Shown here piece after piece: positions 1 to 8,178 of a stretch of DNA of 20,000 bases. This DNA comes from an uncultured virus (IMG/VR IMGVR_UViG_3300022939_000006). Lineage: Duplodnaviria > Heunggongvirae > Uroviricota > Caudoviricetes. A program made the translations under genes and the position numbers. The stretch is from the IMG/VR virus record IMGVR_UViG_3300022939_000006; one strand, written 5' to 3'. The notes below the pieces were generated by a model that was not told the DNA's origin, made no database searches, and was given only the letters and a program-made list of their open reading frames with translations. The stretch's first letter is position 1, and each line of letters begins with the position of its first letter.

Positions 1-192
1 CGTGATCAACTAATGGCTAAAATGAACGAAGCCAAAGATGAAGAAAAATTTGATGAAATGGGTTGTGTAAAGGAAATGAAAAAACTTTATGCAAGCGGTT
101 GCACTAAAGCAGAAAACTACAAAAAGTGCAAAGAAGGATACGGTTGTTCAAGAGGACAATTTGAAAAACTATACGCATCCAATTGCGGTTAA
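1..192 (+). CDS. 3' end of a hypothetical phage protein (partial, runs in from the left edge)
   Basis: Frame 1 is open from base 1 to TAA at 190-192: RDQLMAKMNEAKDEEKFDEMGCVKEMKKLYASGCTKAENYKKCKEGYGCSRGQFEKLYASNCG*. A terminator hairpin follows immediately. Confidence 0.75.
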   Translation, partial: RDQLMAKMNEAKDEEKFDEMGCVKEMKKLYASGCTKAENYKKCKEGYGCSRGQFEKLYASNCG

Positions 193-200
193 CATAATTC

Positions 201-227
201 AATAGGGCCTACGGGCCCTATTCTTTT
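201..227 (+). terminator. Rho-independent terminator with a cUACGg tetraloop
   Basis: Perfect 9-bp stem AATAGGGCC (201-209) / GGCCCTATT (214-222), loop TACG (UNCG class, typical of T4-like terminators), followed by CTTTT. Confidence 0.85.
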
Positions 228-230
228 GAG

Positions 231-236
231 TAAATA
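231..236 (+). promoter_or_regulatory. T4-like late promoter core (TAAATA) for the terminase gene
   Basis: TAAATA-caac-ATG(241) with no SD. Matches the 3' part of the T4 gp55 consensus TATAAATA, and the same geometry recurs at four other genes. Confidence 0.7.
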
Positions 237-240
237 CAAC

Positions 241-1821
241 ATGTCGAAAAGTTTAGATGGCGTATTAACAAAGAAAGCCAACCAAAGAGAAACATTTACC
301 GAAGAACAAATACAAGACTTAATGGCTTGTATGGATCCTCAAAACGGTTATTTGTATTTTGCAGAAAAGTTTGGTTATATACAGCATCCAGTAAAAGGCA
401 AACTATTGTTTGAACCTTTCACTTATCAGTGCAGACTTTTAGAAAGTTATCATAATTATAGATTTAACATTAATATGTTACCTAGGCAAACAGGCAAAAC
501 TACATGTGCCGCCATTTATCTATTATGGTATGCAATGTTTCAACCAGATCAAACTGTACTGATTGCCGCACACAAATATACTGGTGCACAAGAAATTATG
601 CAACGAATTAGATATGCATATGAATTATGTCCTGATCACATTAGAGCAGGTGTAATTAATTACAACAAAGGTACTATAGAGTTTGAAAATGGATCACGTA
701 TTGTAAGTCAAACAACAACTGGCAATACAGGCAGAGGTATGTCTATTTCATTACTATACTGCGACGAGTTTGCATTTGTACAACCTAATATAGCCCAAGA
801 CTTTTGGACTTCAATATCACCTACACTAGCTACAGGTGGTCGTGCTATTATTACAAGCACACCTAACTCAGACGAAGATACATTTGCTACAATTTGGAAA
901 CAAGCAGAACAAAAATTTGACGAACACGGTAATGAAAATGAAGTTGGCATAAATGGCTTTCATAGTTTTACTTGTCATTGGAGTGAACATCCTGATCGAG
1001 ATGATAAATGGAAAGAAGAAGAACTAGGAAGAATTGGTGAAGAAAGATTTAGACGTGAATACGAATGCGAATTCCTTGTATTTGACGAAACACTAATTAA
1101 TGCTATAAAACTTGCTACACTAGAAGGAACATCTCCTATAATTAATATGGGACAAACAAGATGGTATAAAAAACCTACTAGTGAGTTTACATATGCTGTT
1201 GCCCTTGATCCTAGTATGGGTACAGGAGGAGATTATTCAGCTATACAAGTTTATGAATTACCTAGTTATGAACAAGTAGCAGAATGGCAACACAATACTA
1301 CAGCTATACCAGGACAAATTAGAGTGCTTGCTGATATATGTAAGTATATAGAAAGCGAAACAAAGGCACCACAATCAATTTACTGGAGTGTAGAAAACAA
1401 TGGCTTAGGTGAAGCCGCACTTATTGTAATAAATGATTACGGTGAAGAAAATATACCAGGGCTTTTTGTAAGCGAACCTATTAGAAAAGGTCATGTTAGA
1501 AAATTCCGTAAAGGATTTAATACTACCCATAGTACAAAGGTTACAGCTTGTAGTAGGCTTAAAACTATGGTTGAAAACGATAAATTAATGATTAAATCGA
1601 AACCACTTGTATCTGAACTTAAAAATTTTGTAGCTACAGGATCTAGCTATCAAGCTAAATTAGGGCATAGCGATGATTTAATAAGTGCTACTCTACTAGC
1701 ATTAAGAATGATGGATGTAATGAAAGATTGGGATCCTAGGGTATATAACACCTTCAATCAAACCGAAGAAATAGAAGATTACGAACCGCCAATGCCTATC
1801 TTCATAAGTACAAACTATTGA
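241..1821 (+). CDS. terL: Terminase large subunit (T4 gp17-like)
   Basis: Walker A PRQTGKTT, Walker B LLYCDEFAF, coupling motif ITSTPN, RNase H-like nuclease VALDPS...SDDLI, and ERFRREYECEF typical of gp17. Start moved from the track's TTG at 226 to the ATG at 241, just after the late promoter. Confidence 0.95.
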   Translation: MSKSLDGVLTKKANQRETFTEEQIQDLMACMDPQNGYLYFAEKFGYIQHPVKGKLLFEPFTYQCRLLESYHNYRFNINMLPRQTGKTTCAAIYLLWYAMFQPDQTVLIAAHKYTGAQEIMQRIRYAYELCPDHIRAGVINYNKGTIEFENGSRIVSQTTTGNTGRGMSISLLYCDEFAFVQPNIAQDFWTSISPTLATGGRAIITSTPNSDEDTFATIWKQAEQKFDEHGNENEVGINGFHSFTCHWSEHPDRDDKWKEEELGRIGEERFRREYECEFLVFDETLINAIKLATLEGTSPIINMGQTRWYKKPTSEFTYAVALDPSMGTGGDYSAIQVYELPSYEQVAEWQHNTTAIPGQIRVLADICKYIESETKAPQSIYWSVENNGLGEAALIVINDYGEENIPGLFVSEPIRKGHVRKFRKGFNTTHSTKVTACSRLKTMVENDKLMIKSKPLVSELKNFVATGSSYQAKLGHSDDLISATLLALRMMDVMKDWDPRVYNTFNQTEEIEDYEPPMPIFISTNY

Positions 1822-1827
1822 TAAATA
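1822..1827 (+). promoter_or_regulatory. T4-like late promoter core, abutting the terL stop codon
   Basis: tgA-TAAATA-ctaac-ATG(1833), with no SD. Confidence 0.7.
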
Positions 1828-1832
1828 CTAAC

Positions 1833-3878
1833 ATGAAAGACTTGAATAAAATAGCATCTGAACTTTTTGCAAAATTACGTGGTAAATTTAAAGAAATTAC
1901 TATAGGTAATGAAGCAGGAGATATAACAAATCTACCTGAAGAAGGCAGATTTTATGAATTTACATTTAACGGTAAAAAAGTTAGTGTTAGTTTAGATGAA
2001 GAAAACGTTGCTGTCATGTATAGTGAAAAACTATTCGACGACGACGAAGGTGCTACAAAAAAGTCTTGGTATGATTTTTTGAAAGAACTACGGGAGTTTG
2101 CACGTAAAAGACTTTTAAATTTTGATACCCGAAATATACAAAAAACAAATTTAGATAGAAGAGACTATAAATTTTTAGCAAAGAACAATACTTCCGGAGA
2201 AGATACCATGACAGAATCAAAACTTTACGGAACGTCAAAAGTAAGTTATCAAGACGTTGACAACGCAAAGATTGTTATTAAACATACAGAGAGCGTTGGT
2301 GAAAATAGAAATATCAAAATAGGTAGCATTTATATTGAAAGCTCAAATGGAGAACGTTTTAAGTATCCATTTAGACATATCAATGGTGCTAGAGCAATGG
2401 CAAGGCATGTAAGTGAAGGCGGCAATCCTTATGACGACTTTGGTAAACACATTGTTGGACTTTCGGAAGAGTTAAACAAATTACGTAAATTTAAAACATA
2501 TATGTCAAGAAGCGGTGTCATGGCCGAAGGTCTTGCACAATACATGGATATTGTAAATGAGCGTTTAGATTCTGTTAAAGATACAATTTTTAAATTACAA
2601 AGAACATCTGCATACAAAGAAGCATTTGAAAGTTTTGAATCTAAAGTATTAGAAGAAGTTCCAGCAGATGTTGCAGGTGATTGGATAGACCAACTTACTA
2701 TTAGACAATTTAATGAAGAACTGAAAGACGTATTTCCTTATATCTATAGATTAGTAAGCGAAGCCACAGCAGTGAAAGAATTAGGTCCAGATGAATTAGT
2801 TGCAGAAGCAAGCGATGAAGAAGTAGACGGAGAGATTACCAAAGACTCAGTCAAGAAGAGTGCATTAGAATTACTAGTAGATATTGCAAAAACTTCTAAA
2901 CAATACAAAGGTGAAGTCACAGACGACCAAGTTCATTATTTAGGCAGTCTTGTACACGATTTTGATATGGCTGGTATTGAAACAGAAAAGTATAGTGAAA
3001 TAGAAAAATTATTCAGAACAGCGTCAAAAACTAATAAAGCAGACATGTCAATGATTCAACCAGCATATGCCCAAGCAAAGACATTAGACGAAGGCGGAAT
3101 GAAAGATCAGCTTATCGACGCAATGGAAAAGATTGCAAGTGATACTAGCGGACAGTTGCTATACAAAGCATTAAGTAAAGGCTCAATGGGTCCAGACGTA
3201 CAAAACTATCTACAAGATATGTACGATGAAGTGGCGAGAGATAATGGATGGCATCCAGATGATGACCATGACGAAATCGAACAACGCATGTGGGATGAAA
3301 TTAATGACGAATATGGAATGGGCGAAGGTATTCCTACTACAGACGACATTGAAGCGGCATTTGATAAATCAATGGGACAATTTAGTGATAAAGAAATTCC
3401 AGTAACAATAGGCAAAGATGGTAGCATGGCTAAAATAAATCCAGACGATGAAGATGAAAAACCAGAGCCAACAGTTTCATTGCCTGAAAAGATTTTATCA
3501 TTATTTGATAGAGAAAAGGGAATGTTTCCAAAAGGAGAAACAGCAATACTAACAATGGTTGAAAAGGATTATGGTGAGGAACATATTGAGCCAGCAAAAG
3601 ATTTTATTGAAAGAATTAAGGCAAAATATGAAGAAGTAATGATTCCTATGGAACCAGTAGAAGATGAGGGCGATATGCAAATTGAGTTCAAAACGGACAC
3701 AAAGGACAAAGAAGACTTAGACGCAAAGCAAAAAGAACTGGAGCGTATTAAAAGAGACAAAAATACACATAAAGATCCAGAACTTAAGACAGCATTAATG
3801 AAACGTCAAGCAGAGCTTAATAAAGACAAAGAAGCTATGGCGGCTATGGAAACTTTAAAGTCACTAGCAGGAATTTAA
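1833..3878 (+). CDS. Large acidic hypothetical protein, probably a late virion/internal head protein
   Basis: Long ORF with a likely start at ATG 1833 (MKDLNK) after the late promoter. Acidic and modular, with several hydrophobic-x-x-E motifs, and ends in METLKSLAGI. Function is inferred only. Confidence 0.75.
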   Translation: MKDLNKIASELFAKLRGKFKEITIGNEAGDITNLPEEGRFYEFTFNGKKVSVSLDEENVAVMYSEKLFDDDEGATKKSWYDFLKELREFARKRLLNFDTRNIQKTNLDRRDYKFLAKNNTSGEDTMTESKLYGTSKVSYQDVDNAKIVIKHTESVGENRNIKIGSIYIESSNGERFKYPFRHINGARAMARHVSEGGNPYDDFGKHIVGLSEELNKLRKFKTYMSRSGVMAEGLAQYMDIVNERLDSVKDTIFKLQRTSAYKEAFESFESKVLEEVPADVAGDWIDQLTIRQFNEELKDVFPYIYRLVSEATAVKELGPDELVAEASDEEVDGEITKDSVKKSALELLVDIAKTSKQYKGEVTDDQVHYLGSLVHDFDMAGIETEKYSEIEKLFRTASKTNKADMSMIQPAYAQAKTLDEGGMKDQLIDAMEKIASDTSGQLLYKALSKGSMGPDVQNYLQDMYDEVARDNGWHPDDDHDEIEQRMWDEINDEYGMGEGIPTTDDIEAAFDKSMGQFSDKEIPVTIGKDGSMAKINPDDEDEKPEPTVSLPEKILSLFDREKGMFPKGETAILTMVEKDYGEEHIEPAKDFIERIKAKYEEVMIPMEPVEDEGDMQIEFKTDTKDKEDLDAKQKELERIKRDKNTHKDPELKTALMKRQAELNKDKEAMAAMETLKSLAGI

Positions 3879-3893
3879 TAAAAAAATCAATTT

Positions 3894-3923
3894 ATTAGCA
3901 AAAAGAGGTTGACTTTTGCTAAT
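3894..3923. repeat. 10-bp perfect inverted repeat straddling the gp32 -35 box
   Basis: ATTAGCAAAA (3894-3903) and TTTTGCTAAT (3914-3923), separated by a 10-nt spacer AGAGGTTGAC. Confidence 0.6.
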
Positions 3924-3937
3924 TAATATCGTATAGT
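3909..3937 (+). promoter_or_regulatory. Sigma70-type promoter for gp32-uvsX-uvsY
   Basis: TTGACT (3909-3914), 17-nt spacer, TATAGT (3932-3937), with an A-rich upstream tract. Confidence 0.8.
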
Positions 3938-4003
3938 ACATAATATGTGCTGTACAAAACAACTAGGCACAAAGCTAAAGGCAACAAATAGGAGGCATAT
4001 AAT

Positions 4004-5005
4004 ATGGCATCATTAGCTGAAATCCGAGCAAAGCTCAAAGAACAAGAGAACCGCACAAGTGGTAACTCTTCCGGCGGCGGCGACAACGCAATTTACCCAT
4101 TTTGGAATATGAAAGAAGGCGACACTGCAACGTTGCGTTTCTTACCTGATGGGAATAAAGATAACACTTTTTTCTGGGTAGAACGTTTGTTAATTAAACT
4201 TCCGTTCCAAGGTATTAAAGGTGAAACTGATTCACGTCCAGTACAAGTACAAGTTCCATGTATGGAAATGTATGGAGAATCATGTAATATTCTTAATGAA
4301 GTACGTGGTTGGTTTAAAGATCCAAGTCTTGAAGATATGGGTCGTAAATATTGGAAGAAACGTTCATATGTATTCCAAGGTTTTGTAACTGATAATCCTT
4401 TATCGGAAGATACAACTCCAGAAAATCCAATTAGACGTTTTATAATTGGTCCGCAAATTTTCCAAATCATCAAGCAAGCATTGATGGATCCAGACATGGA
4501 AGAATTGCCAACTGATTACACAGCTGGTGTAGACTTCCGTCTTAACAAAGCAAGCAAAGGCGGTTATGCTGACTATTCAACATCAACTTGGGCACGTAGA
4601 GATCGTCCATTAGGTGATTCAGAAATGAATGCTATTAATACGCATGGGTTGTTTAACCTAAGTGATTTCCTTCCTAAAAAACCAGGTGATGTAGAACTTA
4701 AAGTTATGCAAGAAATGTTTGAAGCATCAGTAGATGGTGAAGCATACGATATGGACAGATTTGGTCAATATTTCCGTCCAGCAGGTATGGCGGCACGTAC
4801 AGGTGATCCAAAAGCACAAGCAACACAAGCAACACCTGTTGCAACAAAAACAGAAGCACCTAAGCAAGCTGAACCAGTTGTAGAAACAGCACCTGCAACT
4901 GCACCAGTAGCAGAAGCGGCTCCTGTTGCTGAAACTGCTCCAACAGCATCTGGTGGTGATGCACAAGACATTCTAGCAATGATCCGTGCAAGACAAAACC
5001 AGTAA
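4004..5005 (+). CDS. gp32: Single-stranded DNA-binding protein, T4 gp32-like
   Basis: ATLRFLP, C-x7-C, RKYWKKRSY, GVDFRLNK...GGYADYSTS motifs match the gp32 core. Ala/Pro-rich linker, SD AGGAGG upstream, adjacent to uvsX. Confidence 0.88.
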   Translation: MASLAEIRAKLKEQENRTSGNSSGGGDNAIYPFWNMKEGDTATLRFLPDGNKDNTFFWVERLLIKLPFQGIKGETDSRPVQVQVPCMEMYGESCNILNEVRGWFKDPSLEDMGRKYWKKRSYVFQGFVTDNPLSEDTTPENPIRRFIIGPQIFQIIKQALMDPDMEELPTDYTAGVDFRLNKASKGGYADYSTSTWARRDRPLGDSEMNAINTHGLFNLSDFLPKKPGDVELKVMQEMFEASVDGEAYDMDRFGQYFRPAGMAARTGDPKAQATQATPVATKTEAPKQAEPVVETAPATAPVAEAAPVAETAPTASGGDAQDILAMIRARQNQ

Positions 5006-5013
5006 ACAAAATA

Positions 5014-5033
5014 TGTGGGGGGAAACCCCCACA
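5014..5033 (+). terminator. GNRA-capped hairpin between gp32 and uvsX (leaky terminator or mRNA stabiliser)
   Basis: 8-bp stem TGTGGGGG/CCCCCACA with loop GAAA. Only a weak U tract (CTAACTTT) precedes the uvsX SD AAGGAG. Confidence 0.65.
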
Positions 5034-5052
5034 CTAACTTTAAGGAGTAACT

Positions 5053-6132
5053 ATGGCAAAAGCATTTGATCCTAGTAAATTTAGGACATCATTAACGAAA
5101 TCTATTTCAGGTATGAGTGCAGGATTTAACGATCCAACTGATTGGATTTCAACAGGCAACTATGCACTCAACTATCTAGTATCAGGAGACTTCCATAAAG
5201 GTGTTCCACTAGGTAAAGTAACTGTATTTGCAGGCGAAAGTGGTGCAGGTAAAAGTTATATTTGTGCAGGTAACATTGTGAAAGCCGCACAAGAGCAAGG
5301 TATCTTTGTAGTTCTAATTGATAGTGAAAACGCTCTTGACGAAGCGTGGTTACATGCACTTGATGTAGATACAAGCGAAGATAAACTACTTAAACTTAAC
5401 ATGTCAATGATCGATGACGTTGCTAAAACTATTAGTGTGTTTATGGCAGACTACAAAGCAATGGACGAAGAAGAACGACCTAAGGTGTTGTTTGTTATTG
5501 ATAGTTTAGGTATGTTACTAACACCTACAGATGTTGATCAGTTTAACAAGGGTGATATGAAAGGTGATATGGGCCGTAAGCCTAAGGCACTAACTGCACT
5601 TGTTCGTAACACAGTTAACATGATTGGTTCACATAACGTAGGACTTGTATGTACTAACCATACGTATGCATCGCAAGATATGTTTGACCCAGATGACAAG
5701 ATCTCAGGCGGTCAAGGATTTATCTATGCATCTTCGATTGTTGTAGCAATGAAAAAACTAAAACTAAAAGAAGATGAAGATGGCAACAAGATCAGCGAAG
5801 TACGTGGTATTCGTGCTGGTTGTAAAGTAATGAAAACACGTTACGCAAAACCTTTCGAAGGCGTACAAGTAAAGATTCCTTATGAAACAGGAATGAATCC
5901 TTACAGCGGACTTGTTGAACTTTTTGAAAAACAAGGTATGATTGTTAAAGATGGAAATAGGTTAAAGTATATAGATTCATCTGGTACAGAACACAAAGAG
6001 TACAGAAAAAATTGGACGGGTGAATTACTCGATATGGTAATGAATGATTATAAAAATCTAGAGTCAGAGGTAAATACCGCAGACGACGATGTCATAGAAA
6101 ACCATAACGAGGAGCCTGTATTAAATGACTGA
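5053..6132 (+). CDS. uvsX: RecA-like recombinase UvsX
   Basis: ISTGNYALN, Walker A FAGESGAGKS, IDSENA, Walker B FVIDSLG, CTNHTY and ISGGQG motifs, in gp32/uvsY context. Confidence 0.95.
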   Translation: MAKAFDPSKFRTSLTKSISGMSAGFNDPTDWISTGNYALNYLVSGDFHKGVPLGKVTVFAGESGAGKSYICAGNIVKAAQEQGIFVVLIDSENALDEAWLHALDVDTSEDKLLKLNMSMIDDVAKTISVFMADYKAMDEEERPKVLFVIDSLGMLLTPTDVDQFNKGDMKGDMGRKPKALTALVRNTVNMIGSHNVGLVCTNHTYASQDMFDPDDKISGGQGFIYASSIVVAMKKLKLKEDEDGNKISEVRGIRAGCKVMKTRYAKPFEGVQVKIPYETGMNPYSGLVELFEKQGMIVKDGNRLKYIDSSGTEHKEYRKNWTGELLDMVMNDYKNLESEVNTADDDVIENHNEEPVLND

Positions 6133-6361
6133 AGAACAAATTCAAGAAATTTGGAATACCTTTAAAGAGTATCTTGACAAAAAACACATAGAAACTGCCG
6201 CAGAAAGATTTGTTGATCTTATGGCAGACTATGGTGTTGAGGACAAAACATTTTATGATTCTTTAGGTAATGACGAAGTATTAGATAATGCTATTAACTA
6301 TTACTTAGATGAAGATGCAGAAGATGTTTATGATGATGAAGATGAGGATTACTGGAATTAG
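6125..6361 (+). CDS. Small highly acidic hypothetical protein (78 aa)
   Basis: GAGGAG SD upstream, overlaps the uvsX stop, 26 of 78 residues are D/E. Confidence 0.8.
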   Translation: MTEEQIQEIWNTFKEYLDKKHIETAAERFVDLMADYGVEDKTFYDSLGNDEVLDNAINYYLDEDAEDVYDDEDEDYWN

Positions 6362-6363
6362 CA

Positions 6364-6819
6364 ATGGGTTGGTATAGCGAAATATCTCGTGATATAAGTA
6401 AGATTCCTACAGCAATACAATTCTTTGAAAGCGAATTACACGATGCTAGATTAGAATGTAAATTGTCAGGCAACTTAGAAAAAGCGAGTGCGGCTATGCC
6501 AGGCATTGTTGAACACCGTTTCAATCAACTTCAGGAAATTGAAGCTATACTAAACTATTTGAATATTGAGCTACGTAGATTGCGTAGCTCATATTTTAAA
6601 AAATATCTTGAAAACTACCAACGTGCATTAAGCAGTCGTGATGTTGAAAAATATGTCGATGGCGAAGCAGATGTTGTTGACTACGAAAAAATTATTAATG
6701 AATTTGCACTTATTCGTAACAAATGGTTAGGTGTGTTAAAAGCACTTGATCAGAAACAATGGCAAATAACAAACATTGTTAAACTACGAGTAGCCGGAAT
6801 GGAAGATGCATCAATTTAA
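6364..6819 (+). CDS. uvsY: Recombination mediator UvsY-like protein
   Basis: 151-aa helical protein with YLENYQRALSSRDVEKYVDGEAD and LKALDQKQWQITNIVKLR, resembling the UvsY C-terminus, located downstream of uvsX. Confidence 0.8.
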   Translation: MGWYSEISRDISKIPTAIQFFESELHDARLECKLSGNLEKASAAMPGIVEHRFNQLQEIEAILNYLNIELRRLRSSYFKKYLENYQRALSSRDVEKYVDGEADVVDYEKIINEFALIRNKWLGVLKALDQKQWQITNIVKLRVAGMEDASI

Positions 6820-6825
6820 TTAAAT

Positions 6826-6831
6826 TAAATA
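6826..6831 (+). promoter_or_regulatory. T4-like late promoter core heading the glycan island
   Basis: TAAATA-ttggt-ATG(6837), with no SD. Confidence 0.65.
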
Positions 6832-6836
6832 TTGGT

Positions 6837-7625
6837 ATGAAATATACCTTTGTTACAAGTCTAAATAAAGACTACTGGAATTCAACAAGTAAAATTAATT
6901 TAGAAAGCTGGTGCAACTGCTTACCAGACGATGTAAATATCGTTGTTTACAGTGAAGATTTAATACACACTGACAGAGTTAACAAACGTTTAGTTTACAA
7001 GCCTTTGTACGACTTATGTAAACCTTTAGTTGAGTTTAAATTAAAACATAAAGATAATCCTCATTACAATGGGCAAATAGGACGCAAGTTAGAAGGCAGT
7101 TCAAAAGCATTTAAATGGAATGGAATAAAGTTTGCTCATAAAACATTTTCTATTTTTACAGAAGCTAAGACACTTGATGAAGGATATTTGATATGGTTAG
7201 ATGCTGACGTCCTAATGCATCAGTTTATTGATCATGAATATTTAAAAAGATTATTTCCAGAAGACAAAGCTATATCTTACCTAGGACGTCCTAATGAATA
7301 CGATGAATGCGGATTAATGGGTTATAATTTAAATAACCCACTAGCAAAAGATTTTTTAAATAAGTTTGAAAATTTATACCTTACCGGTTTAGATCATTTG
7401 CGTGAAACACACGATAGTTGGGTCTTTTATCAATTGCGACTTAGCTATGATGATCAGAGTCAATTTTTAAATTTAAATCCCAATCCTGTGAATAATAAAA
7501 GTCCTTTTAACAATAGCGGTATAAAAGAAGTTATGGTACACACTAAAGGAAAAAACAAAGAACGTTTACAGCAAAAGTTTTTGAAACGCTTTATGTTAGA
7601 AGAAAGACGTAGACAAAATGCTTGA
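6837..7625 (+). CDS. Putative GT-A fold glycosyltransferase (nucleotide-diphospho-sugar transferase)
   Basis: N-terminal FVTS strand, DxD motif LIWLDAD, ECG, HDSWVF and late H-x-KG. Paralog of 13748..14593. Confidence 0.75.
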   Translation: MKYTFVTSLNKDYWNSTSKINLESWCNCLPDDVNIVVYSEDLIHTDRVNKRLVYKPLYDLCKPLVEFKLKHKDNPHYNGQIGRKLEGSSKAFKWNGIKFAHKTFSIFTEAKTLDEGYLIWLDADVLMHQFIDHEYLKRLFPEDKAISYLGRPNEYDECGLMGYNLNNPLAKDFLNKFENLYLTGLDHLRETHDSWVFYQLRLSYDDQSQFLNLNPNPVNNKSPFNNSGIKEVMVHTKGKNKERLQQKFLKRFMLEERRRQNA

Positions 7626-8178
7626 AGAACATCTTGGCGGACATGGAAATAAAACACATCTAGATGAAGGTGTTATTAACTGGTGTATAAAAACATTAGG
7701 TATAAAAAGCTATCTTGATATAGGTTGCGGTCCAGGCGGCATGGTTGAACTTGCTGAAGAGAAAAATTTAAAAGTATTAGGTGTAGATGGCGATCATACT
7801 CTTGAAAGAAAAAATGCTAACAATTTTTTAATTCATGATTTTACAAAAGGTCCTGCGCCTATAAAAGAAAAATATGATTTAGGTTGGAGTGTAGAATTTG
7901 TTGAACATGTGTACGAAGAATACCAACCAAATTATATGCCAGCATTTCAACAATGTAAGTATGTGATAATGACATACGCACCTCCAGGCTGGAAAGGTCA
8001 TCATCATGTAAACTTGCAAGAAGAACAATATTGGATTGATAAATTTAAAGAATATGGATTCTTTCATATAAGAGCATATACAGATGTAATTAGACAAGTG
8101 AGCACAATGAACGCACACAAACGTAAGAAAGCGTTTGTTCGAAATAGAGGATTATTTTTTGAAAATAGTAGCTATTAA
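7618..8178 (+). CDS. Class I SAM-dependent methyltransferase
   Basis: Motif I LDIGCGPG, followed by GVD, HDF and YDLGWSVEFVEH. Confidence 0.85.
   Translation: MLEEHLGGHGNKTHLDEGVINWCIKTLGIKSYLDIGCGPGGMVELAEEKNLKVLGVDGDHTLERKNANNFLIHDFTKGPAPIKEKYDLGWSVEFVEHVYEEYQPNYMPAFQQCKYVIMTYAPPGWKGHHHVNLQEEQYWIDKFKEYGFFHIRAYTDVIRQVSTMNAHKRKKAFVRNRGLFFENSSY

Noticed and set aside
241..1821. Possible intein, intron or split in the terminase (also checked uvsX and uvsW)
   Set aside because: The ORFs are continuous and of normal length, with no Hint or homing endonuclease motifs.
708..3760. Short minus-strand ORFs within terL and the 1833 gene
   Set aside because: Fully nested antisense to strong genes, with no motifs or expression signals.
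4093..5034. Minus-strand ORFs 4093..4497, 4727..4966 (Cys-rich) and 4765..5034
   Set aside because: Antisense shadows of gp32. The Cys and Ala richness simply mirrors GCA/ACA codons of the Ala/Pro/Thr linker, and there is no SD or promoter.
6813..6826. 14-bp palindrome AATTTAATTAAATT
   Set aside because: Composed only of A/T in an AT-rich genome and overlapping a stop codon and promoter, so plausibly chance.
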